NCBI GenBank assembly: GCA_905187655.1
Contig: CAJJIV010000001.1
Span: 1-51,428 of the forward strand
DNA: 51,428 nucleotides
Reading direction: 5' to 3'
DNA from: an uncultured Eubacteriales bacterium
GTDB taxonomy: Bacteria > Bacillota > Clostridia > Christensenellales > UBA1242
Shown here one piece after another: positions 37,772 through 46,624 of the stretch. The notes beneath the pieces are model-generated. The model was not told the DNA's origin and searched no databases. It saw nothing but the letters and a program-made list of their open reading frames with translations. Each line of letters begins with the position of its first letter. Positions within the stretch are counted from its first letter, which is position 1. A program made the translations under genes and the position numbers.

Positions 37772-39421
37772 ATGGTAGAAACAAAAGTAAAATCTTCACA
37801 AACAGTAAAAAGGCAGGTGGCACCAAAAGCACCACAAAAACAGCAGAAAAATAATGTGGCAGAAGTTAAACAAACTGCAATAATAAAGCCAAAGGCTTCC
37901 GAACTTAAAGTTTGCCAAACCCCAAAAGAAGAAAAGGTGACAGTAAATAACATTAATCAACAACAACAAGAACAACCAAAGGCTCAGCCAATAAAAAAGA
38001 GCATACTTTTTGTAGCATCAGAAGCTCAACCATTTTGTGCAACAGGAGGTTTAGCCGACATTGCATGTGGGCTTCCAAGGTTTATAAAAAGTCAAAAGCC
38101 AGAAATAGATATAAGGGTAATTTTACCTCTATATAGTTTTATAAAACCTGAGTATAAAAACAAGTTTACCTATTTAGGGAATAAGTATGTAAAATTATCG
38201 TGGAGAAATGAATACTGCGGAATTTTTGAATACAAATTAAACGGAATGACCTATTATTTTGTGGATAATGAAAAGTATTTCAAAAGAGATAGAATGTATG
38301 GTTATAACGATGATAACGAAAGGTTTGCATTCTTTTCTAAGGCAGTGCTAGAAAGTTTGTCTATTACTAATTTCTTCCCTGATATTATTCATGTAAATGA
38401 TTGGCAAACCGCGTTAATACCTACTTACCTTAAAACAATTGCTTGGCAAGATGGGCGATACAATCGCATAAAAACAGTGCTTAATATCCACAATCTTCAA
38501 TATCAAGGTAGATTTGGAATAAAAACCATTGAAGATGTGATTGGCATAGACCGTCGCTATCAAGGCATTTTGGAACAAGATGGAGATGTAAATTACTTAA
38601 AGTCGGCAATAGTTACCGCTGACCGTATTGTTGCTGTAAGCCCAAGTTATTCAGAAGAAATTAAGTATAGCAATTCTGGGTGCGGTTTAAACAAAATAAT
38701 TAAGCAAAATGAGTATAAATTAAGTGGAATTCTTAATGGGCTAGATTATGATTTCTATAATCCAGAAACTGATAATATAATTTACAAGAACTATAATATA
38801 AATTCAATTGAACTTAGAAAAGAAAATAAAATGAAGTTGCAAAAGGATTGGGGATTAGAAGTTAACCCTGATATCCCAATGGTTGCCATAGTTTCAAGAA
38901 TGGAAAAGCACAAAGGGTTAGACCTTGTTAAGCAATGTATGGAAAAGTTGATAATAGAAAACAACATACAACTTGTTGGTGTTGGCGAAGGAGCAAACGA
39001 ATATCACGATTATTTCAGATATTTAAACAACAAGTTTCCAAAACAATGCCATATTAACATAGGATATAGCCTAGAGATTGGGAAAATAATTTATAGCGCT
39101 ACCGATATTTTTGTAATGCCATCACTTGTAGAGCCATGTGGTCTTGCACAAATGGTTGCAAGCCGATATGGAGCTGTACCAATTGTAAGAGAAACTGGTG
39201 GCCTTAAAGATAGCATAAGAGATTTTGGCTGTAAAGGTGGAGGAAACGGATATACTTTTAGCAATTATAGTGTTAGTGACCTTGTTTATTCAATAAAACG
39301 TGCCTTAAATGATTTTAAAGACAAAAAATCTTGGGAAGAAAAGATTAAAACGGTTATGAAGGTGGATTTTAGTTGGGACAAAACTGCTCAAAAGTATATA
39401 GAAATTTATTTCAGCCTATAA
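37772..39421 (+). CDS. glgA: Glycogen synthase (GT5) with a ~75-aa low-complexity N-terminal extension
   Basis: GT5 core starts at ILFVASEAQPFCATGGLADI. The N-terminal Q/K/P-rich region is not part of canonical GlgA. Confidence 0.9.
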   Translation: MVETKVKSSQTVKRQVAPKAPQKQQKNNVAEVKQTAIIKPKASELKVCQTPKEEKVTVNNINQQQQEQPKAQPIKKSILFVASEAQPFCATGGLADIACGLPRFIKSQKPEIDIRVILPLYSFIKPEYKNKFTYLGNKYVKLSWRNEYCGIFEYKLNGMTYYFVDNEKYFKRDRMYGYNDDNERFAFFSKAVLESLSITNFFPDIIHVNDWQTALIPTYLKTIAWQDGRYNRIKTVLNIHNLQYQGRFGIKTIEDVIGIDRRYQGILEQDGDVNYLKSAIVTADRIVAVSPSYSEEIKYSNSGCGLNKIIKQNEYKLSGILNGLDYDFYNPETDNIIYKNYNINSIELRKENKMKLQKDWGLEVNPDIPMVAIVSRMEKHKGLDLVKQCMEKLIIENNIQLVGVGEGANEYHDYFRYLNNKFPKQCHINIGYSLEIGKIIYSATDIFVMPSLVEPCGLAQMVASRYGAVPIVRETGGLKDSIRDFGCKGGGNGYTFSNYSVSDLVYSIKRALNDFKDKKSWEEKIKTVMKVDFSWDKTAQKYIEIYFSL

Positions 39422-39434
39422 AAAGGAGATAATA

Positions 39435-41855
39435 ATGAGACAAATTTCAGTTAAAGAAGAAAAAGAGTATAAGGAAGAGCTAGAAAAATATTTGCTTGGG
39501 CATTACGATTGTAAACTTAAAAATGCAACAACCGAGCAAGTGTTTAGGGCTCTTGCTGGTGTTATAAACAACAAATTATATGAACTAAGAGAACAGCAAA
39601 ATGCTGAAACTGAAAACCGAAATGCAAAACAATTGCATTATGTATCTATTGAATTTTTGTTAGGCAAATCATTAAAAAACCATTTGTGGAATTTGGGGCT
39701 AGAACAAACTTTTACAAAAATTTTAAAGTCGGCGGGTATTGATATTAATGATGTTTACGACAAGGAAGATGAATCTTGTTTAGGGAATGGTGGGCTTGGC
39801 AGACTTGCTGCATGTTATTTAGATTCACTTTCGGCACAAGGCTACCCAGTTTGTGGGCATTGCATTAAGTACGACTATGGTTTGTTTAAACAAAAAATAA
39901 TAGATGGTCAACAATTTGAACTTCCGGACTCACTAAATAGTGAAGTTTGGTTAAATCCACGTGGCGATGAGAGTTGTTCGGTATACTTTGGCGGAAAGGT
40001 TGTACAATCTTTAAACAAAGATGGTACCCTTGCTTTTAAGTATGAAAATGCAATGGAAGTTATTGCATATCCTTACGATATGTTAATTAGTGGCTACGAT
40101 GGAAAGAAGGTTAATGTGTTAAAACTGTGGTCAGCGCAAAGCAAAGACAGTTTTGACACACGCAAGTTTAGTCAGGGTGAATATGCACAGGCTATGGCGG
40201 TTAAAGATGAAATAGAGTCTATAAGCAAAGTTTTGTATCCATCTGATGAGCACGAGCAAGGCAAGTCATTGCGACTAAAACAAGAGTACTTTTTGGCATC
40301 AGCAGTATGTCAGAACATAATTAGTACTCACTTAAAACAAGGTAGAGCACTAGCAAAACTACCCGATTATGTTTGCTTGCAGATCAATGATACACACCCA
40401 GTTTTAATTATTCCAGAATTAATGAGGCTTCTTATGGATGAGCATCATCTAGGTTGGAATGAAGCGTGGGCAATTGTTTCCAAAATGGTTGGTTATACTA
40501 ACCATACTTTGCTAAGCGAAGCACTGTCTATTAAAGAAATTAACTTATTAGACAGATATCTTCCAAGAATTGCCATGATAATTAGAGAAATGGACCGCAG
40601 ATTTCGTTTGTCGCTTGCCGAAAATGGAACAGATAAAACAGCAATTGAAAATATTGCAATTATTTCTAAAGGCAAGGTAAATATGACCAATCTTGCAGTT
40701 TATGCAAGCACGATTGTAAATGGTGTTTCGGTTGTGCATAGTCTAATATTAAAAAACAGTCTATTAAAAGATTTTGCAAAAGTTACTCCGCATAAGTTTG
40801 TTAATATAACAAATGGCATAACTCAAAGATTTTGGCTTGCACAATCTAACCCAGAGTTAGATGGCCTTATTACATCTCTTATTGGTAATGGTTATTATAC
40901 TAACGCAAATGAACTTACAAAACTAGACAAATTTGCACTAGATGACAAAACCATTGAACAGATGGAAAAAATAAAGTTAATGAATAAAATCGCTTTTTCT
41001 AAGTACCTTTTAAAAACTCAAAAGGTATTAATAAATCCAAATTCTAGGTTTGATGTTCAAGTTAAAAGAATTCATGAATATAAGAGGCAACTGTTAAATG
41101 CGCTTAAAATAATTTATCTTTATGGACAGCTTAAAGAAAACCCAAATATGAACTTTACTCCACAAACATTTATCTTTGGCGGTAAGGCGGCTTCGGGCTA
41201 CTATATGGCAAAGCGAATAATAAAACTTATTTATAATCTAAGCCAAGACATAGACCAACACAAAAATATTTCTAAAAAACTTAAGGTTGTATTTGTAGAG
41301 AATTATGGGGTATCTGTTGCACAATTACTTATGCCAGCAACTGATGTAAGTGAACAAATTTCACTAGCAGGCAGAGAAGCAAGTGGAACAGGAAACATGA
41401 AGGCTGTTATGAATGGTGCACTTATGTTACATACCAAAGATGGTGCAAACATTGAAATTGTTGAAAAGTGCGGAGAAAAGAACTCATTTGCATTTGGGTT
41501 AACCACCGAAGAAGTAGAAAATATTTGGTCAAACGGCTATAACCCAAGATATTACTACAACAAAAGTGAAGCCATAAGAAAGGTGATTTCTATGCTAAAC
41601 GAAGGATTTATGGGAGAATCCTTTAAAGATATTTCCGATTATCTTCTTGGAGAATCTAATTACAAAGACATTTATATGTGCTTAGCAGATTTTGATAGTT
41701 ATCTTGAAGCACATATGGCCATGGATAAAGTATATCGCAATAAAAAGAATTGGTATTCTAAAGCAATTCATAATATTTCTTGTATGGGTTATTTTTCAGC
41801 TGATCGTGCCATAGAAGAATATGTTAACACAGTTTGGAAACTTAAAAAAGTTTAG
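39435..41855 (+). CDS. glgP: Glycogen/maltodextrin phosphorylase (GT35)
   Basis: 806 aa with the PLP-site motif EASGTGNMK. Confidence 0.95.
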   Translation: MRQISVKEEKEYKEELEKYLLGHYDCKLKNATTEQVFRALAGVINNKLYELREQQNAETENRNAKQLHYVSIEFLLGKSLKNHLWNLGLEQTFTKILKSAGIDINDVYDKEDESCLGNGGLGRLAACYLDSLSAQGYPVCGHCIKYDYGLFKQKIIDGQQFELPDSLNSEVWLNPRGDESCSVYFGGKVVQSLNKDGTLAFKYENAMEVIAYPYDMLISGYDGKKVNVLKLWSAQSKDSFDTRKFSQGEYAQAMAVKDEIESISKVLYPSDEHEQGKSLRLKQEYFLASAVCQNIISTHLKQGRALAKLPDYVCLQINDTHPVLIIPELMRLLMDEHHLGWNEAWAIVSKMVGYTNHTLLSEALSIKEINLLDRYLPRIAMIIREMDRRFRLSLAENGTDKTAIENIAIISKGKVNMTNLAVYASTIVNGVSVVHSLILKNSLLKDFAKVTPHKFVNITNGITQRFWLAQSNPELDGLITSLIGNGYYTNANELTKLDKFALDDKTIEQMEKIKLMNKIAFSKYLLKTQKVLINPNSRFDVQVKRIHEYKRQLLNALKIIYLYGQLKENPNMNFTPQTFIFGGKAASGYYMAKRIIKLIYNLSQDIDQHKNISKKLKVVFVENYGVSVAQLLMPATDVSEQISLAGREASGTGNMKAVMNGALMLHTKDGANIEIVEKCGEKNSFAFGLTTEEVENIWSNGYNPRYYYNKSEAIRKVISMLNEGFMGESFKDISDYLLGESNYKDIYMCLADFDSYLEAHMAMDKVYRNKKNWYSKAIHNISCMGYFSADRAIEEYVNTVWKLKKV

Positions 41856-41863
41856 AGAAATAT

Positions 41864-43648
41864 ATGCAAGAGTTTAAATTTTTTAATCTTACACACAAAG
41901 TGCCAAGTGGAACGGCACAAGCAAAACAAAAAGTTAGTTACACCCTAGAAGTGGCACAAAATGTGTACACTCCTAAGGTGTACTTTGTTTATTTTAAAGA
42001 TGGTGAAACGGAAAGATTTACCCAGGAAATGCACTTTGTTAAAATGGAAAATGGCTATAAACAATTTATTGTGCAAACCCATTTTAGTTCGGCAGGACTA
42101 TATTGGTACTATTTTATTGCAGGCGATAAGATAATTCAGGCAGGTAAAAATGATGGAGAAATTGTTGCACAAAAAAAACTTACCACTCCATTTTCAGAAA
42201 TAGTAACTGCAAACAAGCCAATTATGGATACCATAAATTACACTGATGGAATAATTTATCATGTTTTTGTAGACAGATTTAATAAGGTGGGAGAAGTAGA
42301 GTCGCGAGAACCTTTGTTCTTAAATCCCAAGTGGGGTGGAAGCTGTACCGATAGCACCGACTATAAAGTAATTAATAGTGAATGTTACGGTGGAAACTTA
42401 AAAGGCATTACGCAAAAATTGCCATACCTAAAAACTTTAAATGTTAAAATTTTATATTTGTCACCAATTTTTTATGCAAATAGTAATCATAAATATAATA
42501 CAGCGGATTTTATGCAAGTTGACCCAATGTTTGGCTCAGAAGAAGACTTAAAAGAATTATGCGCAAAGGCCGAAAAATTGGGAATAAAAGTGATACTAGA
42601 TGGTGTGTTTAACCATGTTGGCAGTGATAGTGTATATTTTGACCGATATAGTCGTTTTGGAGCCAAAGGTGCGTATAATTCCCTTTCTTCAAAATATATA
42701 GATTGGTTTAATTTTGCCGAGTGGCCAAACACCTACGACTGTTGGTGGGGTGACCCAACTTTACCGTGTTTAAATGAGTCTAATAGAACATATCAAAATT
42801 TAATTGTTGGCAAAAATGGTGTAATAGAAAAGTATATGGGGCTAGGTGTAAGTGGGTTTAGACTTGATGTGGTAGATGAACTTGGCGATCAGTTTTTAAA
42901 TAAAATTTGTAAAAAAATATATGAAATAAACAAAAGTGCAATAATTATTGGAGAAGTGTGGGAAGATGCTTCCAAAAAGATTTCGTACAATGAACGACGA
43001 AATTATTTGCTTGGAAAGCAGTTAAATAGCGTAACAAATTATCCACTTAAAGATGCCATTTTAGAATATGTAAAATCTGCTTCAACCGACTTATTAGAAG
43101 ACACTTTTAATAATATTCAAGATGATTATCCAAATTTTGTTAAATATAACTTAATGAATATTATTGGCTCGCACGATACAACAAGAATATATAGTTTTCT
43201 TAAAGTTAATTCAGTTAGTACACAAGATGCAATAAAACGGTTAAAAATAGCAACCCTAATTCAGTATGTTTTTGTAGGTATTCCTACAATTTACTATGGA
43301 GATGAAACACTTTTAGAAGATTTAAAGCCAAACAACAGCCGAAATTGTTTTCCTTGGGGAAAGGAAAATATTAATTGCCAAAACTGGTTTATTTCGCTTG
43401 GTAAATTAAGAAAAGAAAAGGCAGTTGTTATGGGAGAAATAGATTTATTTGTTCCAGAAAATGGGGTAGTGATAATTAAACGAAGTTACAAAAAAGAAGA
43501 AATTCTGCTTGTCACAAATATGCAAGACAACTTGTTTGAATTATCAACAGAAGATGGATATTTAGATTATTTTACCGCTGAAAAAATTACCGACAAAATT
43601 AAAGTTGGTTCAAAGGGTTTTGCTTTGTTAAAACGAAAGAAACAATAA
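41864..43648 (+). CDS. GH13 alpha-amylase-family enzyme (neopullulanase/cyclomaltodextrinase-like)
   Basis: GH13 regions I-IV visible (DGVFNHVG, GFRLDVVDEL, GEVWED, IGSHDTTR). Confidence 0.85.
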   Translation: MQEFKFFNLTHKVPSGTAQAKQKVSYTLEVAQNVYTPKVYFVYFKDGETERFTQEMHFVKMENGYKQFIVQTHFSSAGLYWYYFIAGDKIIQAGKNDGEIVAQKKLTTPFSEIVTANKPIMDTINYTDGIIYHVFVDRFNKVGEVESREPLFLNPKWGGSCTDSTDYKVINSECYGGNLKGITQKLPYLKTLNVKILYLSPIFYANSNHKYNTADFMQVDPMFGSEEDLKELCAKAEKLGIKVILDGVFNHVGSDSVYFDRYSRFGAKGAYNSLSSKYIDWFNFAEWPNTYDCWWGDPTLPCLNESNRTYQNLIVGKNGVIEKYMGLGVSGFRLDVVDELGDQFLNKICKKIYEINKSAIIIGEVWEDASKKISYNERRNYLLGKQLNSVTNYPLKDAILEYVKSASTDLLEDTFNNIQDDYPNFVKYNLMNIIGSHDTTRIYSFLKVNSVSTQDAIKRLKIATLIQYVFVGIPTIYYGDETLLEDLKPNNSRNCFPWGKENINCQNWFISLGKLRKEKAVVMGEIDLFVPENGVVIIKRSYKKEEILLVTNMQDNLFELSTEDGYLDYFTAEKITDKIKVGSKGFALLKRKKQ

Positions 43649-43662
43649 AAAAGACAGCCTAA

Positions 43663-43666
43663 AAAT
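43663..43666. repeat. Target-site duplication, left copy (AAAT)
   Basis: AAAT immediately precedes IRL. An identical AAAT follows IRR at 45541-45544. Confidence 0.7.
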
Positions 43667-43703
43667 TGCAGTGCACCCCAAAACTGACATACGAAAAAAA
43701 GTA
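43667..43703. repeat. Left terminal inverted repeat (IRL)
   Basis: tgcagtgcaccccaaaactgacatacg..., aligned with the reverse complement of the right end. Confidence 0.75.
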
Positions 43704-43710
43704 TGAGTTT

Positions 43711-43749
43711 AGAAAGAAATAGTTTAATCGCTATTTCTTTCTTTTTTTG
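43711..43749 (+). terminator. IS-internal terminator upstream of orfA (blocks read-in transcription)
   Basis: Perfect 12-bp stem agaaagaaatag/ctatttctttct, 8-nt loop, T7. Confidence 0.8.
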
Positions 43750-43825
43750 TGTCCAACAATGAGATAAATATGTTATACTCTATATGGTTGGTAGATGACT
43801 ACCACAAATAAAAGGAGATAACATT

Positions 43826-44119
43826 ATGGCAAAGAAAGGACAGTATTTTCAAAGTTATTCTAATGACTTGAAATACGAAGTGTTGGTAAAACACTTTAAT
43901 GAGTTTATTCCAGATACTCAGTTGTCCAAAATGTATGGGATACCCCGTGGTACAATAAGAAACTGGATAATTAAGTGTAAGAAAGGAGAAGATTTTTACA
44001 CAGACTATAGAAGTTTAGGCTATGGCAGACCAAGAGTAGCAGATATTGACTATAAGGAAAAATATATGTTACTAAAAAAAATCCTGAATTTCAAAACACA
44101 ACTAAAAGAGAGAAGATAA
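43826..44119 (+). CDS. IS3-family transposase OrfA (HTH)
   Basis: 97 aa with AAGGAG SD. Small basic HTH-like protein preceding the rve-type orfB. Confidence 0.85.
   Translation: MAKKGQYFQSYSNDLKYEVLVKHFNEFIPDTQLSKMYGIPRGTIRNWIIKCKKGEDFYTDYRSLGYGRPRVADIDYKEKYMLLKKILNFKTQLKERR
44074..44080 (+). promoter_or_regulatory. Programmed -1 ribosomal frameshift site A AAA AAA
   Basis: Heptamer in the orfA zero frame (cuA AAA AAA auc). The -1 frame is open from 44056 and continues into orfB. Confidence 0.75.
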
Positions 44120-44943
44120 TCTTAATCAACACACTTAAAGAGCATTATCCTGTAAGATTGTTATGTGATTTGCTAGATATTTCAGAACGAACATATTATA
44201 GACATAGAGATGATAAAGACTCTGATATTGCAGATTATCTCCTTATAAAAGAAGTCTTTAATGATTCTATGCAAACTTATGGATATAGAAGAATTAAGAA
44301 AGCTTTACTACTTAAACATGGTGTGGTAATGAATGAAAAGAAAATACTCAGGATTATGAGAAAATATGGTTTAATGGCTAGATATGTTACTAAATGCAAG
44401 AAACCACATTATCGTAGAATTGAAGAAAATGTAAGACCGGACTTAGTTAAAAGACATTTCAATGTAGATGCTCCAGATAAAGTTTGGGTTACTGATATAA
44501 CCTATTTAACTTTAGGTAACAAAAGAATGTATTTATCTACTATTCTCGACCTATATGATGGTAGTGTTGTATCTTACAAAGTTCATCATTCTCCAACTGT
44601 TGATTTAGTTATAGAAACCCTAAAATTTGGTCATTTAATGAGATATTGGGCTAAAAATGTAATTATTCATAGCGACCAAGGAACTCAATATACTTCTCAT
44701 GAATACAAAGCATTTTGTAATAATTTAGGATTTCAAATATCGATGAGCAGAAAAGGTAGTCCATTAGACAATGCTGTTATGGAAAACTGGCATAGTTTAC
44801 TTAAAAAAGAGACCTTACACAACAATGATTACCAAGATATTAACGAGTATGTAAATGGTGTTTTTGACTGGATTTGGTTCTATAAGACTGAAAGGATTAG
44901 CTTAAGTGAACGACAACATAATATAAATGAAAATATTTGTTAG
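44080..44943 (+). CDS. IS3-family transposase OrfB (DDE/rve catalytic part, made as an OrfAB fusion by -1 frameshift)
   Basis: DDE context VWVTDITY, HSDQGTQYTS, DNAVMENWHSLLKKE. There is no convincing independent start, and the track start at 44158 is a TTG. Confidence 0.85.
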   Translation, partial: NPEFQNTTKREKIILINTLKEHYPVRLLCDLLDISERTYYRHRDDKDSDIADYLLIKEVFNDSMQTYGYRRIKKALLLKHGVVMNEKKILRIMRKYGLMARYVTKCKKPHYRRIEENVRPDLVKRHFNVDAPDKVWVTDITYLTLGNKRMYLSTILDLYDGSVVSYKVHHSPTVDLVIETLKFGHLMRYWAKNVIIHSDQGTQYTSHEYKAFCNNLGFQISMSRKGSPLDNAVMENWHSLLKKETLHNNDYQDINEYVNGVFDWIWFYKTERISLSERQHNINENIC

Positions 44944-45016
44944 TTTAAATTTTGGTTTTGGTATTGAAATAAATATCTAAATATGCTATACTCTCTATAA
45001 TTTTAAGGAGAGTATT

Positions 45017-45475
45017 ATGTCAACACCATCAAATGTAAGCAGTATTATGATATATAAAATAATGAGGGATTTTGAAAAAACAGGCAGAACATTGCATTTC
45101 ATGTTTGAACTTGACAATTTTTCGCAACAAGTCATTGATTTTGCAAATTCAATTAGTGATGATAATTTTTGGATTGCCCCAACACCAGAAGTTAAAGAAG
45201 ATTTATTAAGAATATGTGATGTTAATAGTTCATTTTGTAAATTAAACAAACAAAAATATGCTAACGGTGGGGAAAAATTTGCAAAAATCAAAATTGGACA
45301 AATGCCATATTCTTGGCTAAAAGGCTCTGTTAAAGTTTTTAAAGAATATGAAGAAAAAAGACAACAAATTCCAGCAAAATCTACTATTCATTATCCTAAC
45401 GGAGAGAAACAAACATCAGCAATATTTTGGGATGGAGAACCAATTATTATAGAGGAAGATACTTTTAGCAAATAA
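45017..45475 (+). CDS. Passenger ORF of unknown function (152 aa) inside the IS
   Basis: AAGGAGAG SD. Own promoter TTGAAA-17-TGc-TATACT (44964-44992). Own terminator. No recognised motif. Confidence 0.65.
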   Translation: MSTPSNVSSIMIYKIMRDFEKTGRTLHFMFELDNFSQQVIDFANSISDDNFWIAPTPEVKEDLLRICDVNSSFCKLNKQKYANGGEKFAKIKIGQMPYSWLKGSVKVFKEYEEKRQQIPAKSTIHYPNGEKQTSAIFWDGEPIIIEEDTFSK

Positions 45476-45477
45476 AA

Positions 45478-45510
45478 AGAAGGGCAAATTTTGCTCTTCT
45501 TTTGTCTTTT
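45478..45510. terminator. Terminator after the passenger ORF, probably works in both directions
   Basis: 9-bp stem agaagggca/tgctcttct (one G-T pair), followed by tttgtcttttt on plus and ttttattt on minus. Confidence 0.65.
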
Positions 45511-45540
45511 TATAGTGTGTCATTTAAAGGTTGCTGTTCA
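45504..45540. repeat. Right terminal inverted repeat (IRR)
   Basis: Reverse complement reads tgaacagcaacctttaaatgacacac... Confidence 0.75.
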
Positions 45541-45544
45541 AAAT
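45541..45544. repeat. Target-site duplication, right copy (AAAT)
   Basis: Identical to 43663-43666. Confidence 0.7.
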
Positions 45545-45570
45545 TATGGCTGTCTTTTTGTTTACTATAC

Positions 45571-45993
45571 TTACTTTTTATTTAATACTACCGAAACAAG
45601 CTTCATGTCTACCTGTCCGTTATAGTTTGTCTTAAAGTGTTTCATAACAACGGGAACTGATTTGTCTGGAAGCGAATTAATAATTTCAGCAATTTCAGTT
45701 TCTGTTAGCATTTTAGGAAGGTACTTTTGAATTGCTTCTTTTTGAGCAAGAATGTTATTTGCTTGTTCGCTGTTATTTGCTTTAAGGTAATTGGCGTGTT
45801 CTTCATCTAATTCTTTTATGGTTTTAGTAATAATTTTAACCATTTCTGGGTCGCCAATTTCATTGTTATTTGTTCTTGCTTCAACGCTTGCAAGTAAATA
45901 TTTGTTCATAATAATTCCATAAATATTCCTTGCATTTTTATCTTTGTTTTTAAGGGCTTCAATATTAGCCTTTTTTATTTCATCTATTATCAT
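45571..45993 (-). CDS. yqeY: GatB/YqeY-domain protein
   Basis: 140 aa with the YqeY pattern (IKKANIEALKNKDK...YLPKMLTE.EI...I). AAAGGAG SD. Confidence 0.8.
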   Translation of the reverse strand: MIIDEIKKANIEALKNKDKNARNIYGIIMNKYLLASVEARTNNNEIGDPEMVKIITKTIKELDEEHANYLKANNSEQANNILAQKEAIQKYLPKMLTETEIAEIINSLPDKSVPVVMKHFKTNYNGQVDMKLVSVVLNKK

Positions 45994-46021
45994 AATTTTC
46001 TCCTTTAATTATAAAATCAAT

Positions 46022-46447
46022 TTAATTCATTGACCCACACTTTGGGCAAGCACCATAGTTTTTGTTGTATTGAGCACCGCAATTTTTGCAAACAATTATT
46101 CTTGTTTCTGCATCGGTTATACTTGGCATATCGTTTTGTTTAAGTTCAAATTTGGGCAACTCTTTCTTTTTTAATGGGTCGTTTTCTTCGTTTTCGTTTG
46201 CTTGTCTGACGTTTTCTTCTTGCTCTTTGTTAAGGTCAACACGCTTGTCTCCAACTAATTGTGCAAATTTAAATTTTTCTATGCTTTGTGCATTTCTAAC
46301 GCGAATATCTTCTTGATACTTGCGGTCGGACTCTTTTTTTTCTTTTCGTTGTTTCATTTTTTCTATTAACTTTTTTCTGCCATCTTTAATGAAAATAAAA
46401 AGCAAAACAACCGCAACACCAAGCAAAATAATTTCGGCTGTAGTCAT
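46022..46447 (-). CDS. Membrane-anchored zinc-ribbon protein
   Basis: N-terminal TM helix, charged linker, C-terminal CKNCG...CPKCG. The start is uncertain: the track ATG at 46489 lies only ~4-10 nt from the predicted TSS. Confidence 0.6.
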   Translation of the reverse strand: MTTAEIILLGVAVVLLFIFIKDGRKKLIEKMKQRKEKKESDRKYQEDIRVRNAQSIEKFKFAQLVGDKRVDLNKEQEENVRQANENEENDPLKKKELPKFELKQNDMPSITDAETRIIVCKNCGAQYNKNYGACPKCGSMN

Positions 46448-46499
46448 CACAAGTTTTTTTCCTAAAACAGAAGCGAATAAACTTACCATATTATATAGT

Positions 46500-46528
46500 A
46501 TTATACTTTAATTAAACTTTATTTGCAA
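46500..46528 (-). promoter_or_regulatory. Promoter of the zinc-ribbon/yqeY unit
   Basis: Minus strand TTGCAA, 17-nt spacer, TATAAT. Confidence 0.65.
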
Positions 46529-46569
46529 GTAAATATATAATTAGTAAATTCAAAAATATGTTATAATTC

Positions 46570-46598
46570 TTGCAAGATTAACGTTGTTGTGGTATAAT
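46570..46598 (+). promoter_or_regulatory. Promoter of the ABC transporter gene
   Basis: TTGCAA, 17-nt spacer, TGg-TATAAT. Confidence 0.7.
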
Positions 46599-46624
46599 TT
46601 AGTCTAATTTTTCGGAGGTCAACA

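Larger units (their letters stand above)
43667..45540 (+). mobile_element. IS3-family insertion sequence (IS150-like ends), 1874 bp, carrying a passenger ORF
   Basis: TG...CA termini. Imperfect IRs (25 of 37 positions match). 4-bp AAAT duplication. orfA/orfB with a -1 frameshift. Removing the element restores a perfect terminator hairpin. Confidence 0.85.

Noticed and set aside
44944-45016. Alternative IS right end immediately after orfB
   Set aside because: No sequence here resembles the reverse complement of IRL (tgcagtgcacc...) and no matching target duplication exists. The 45540 end has both.
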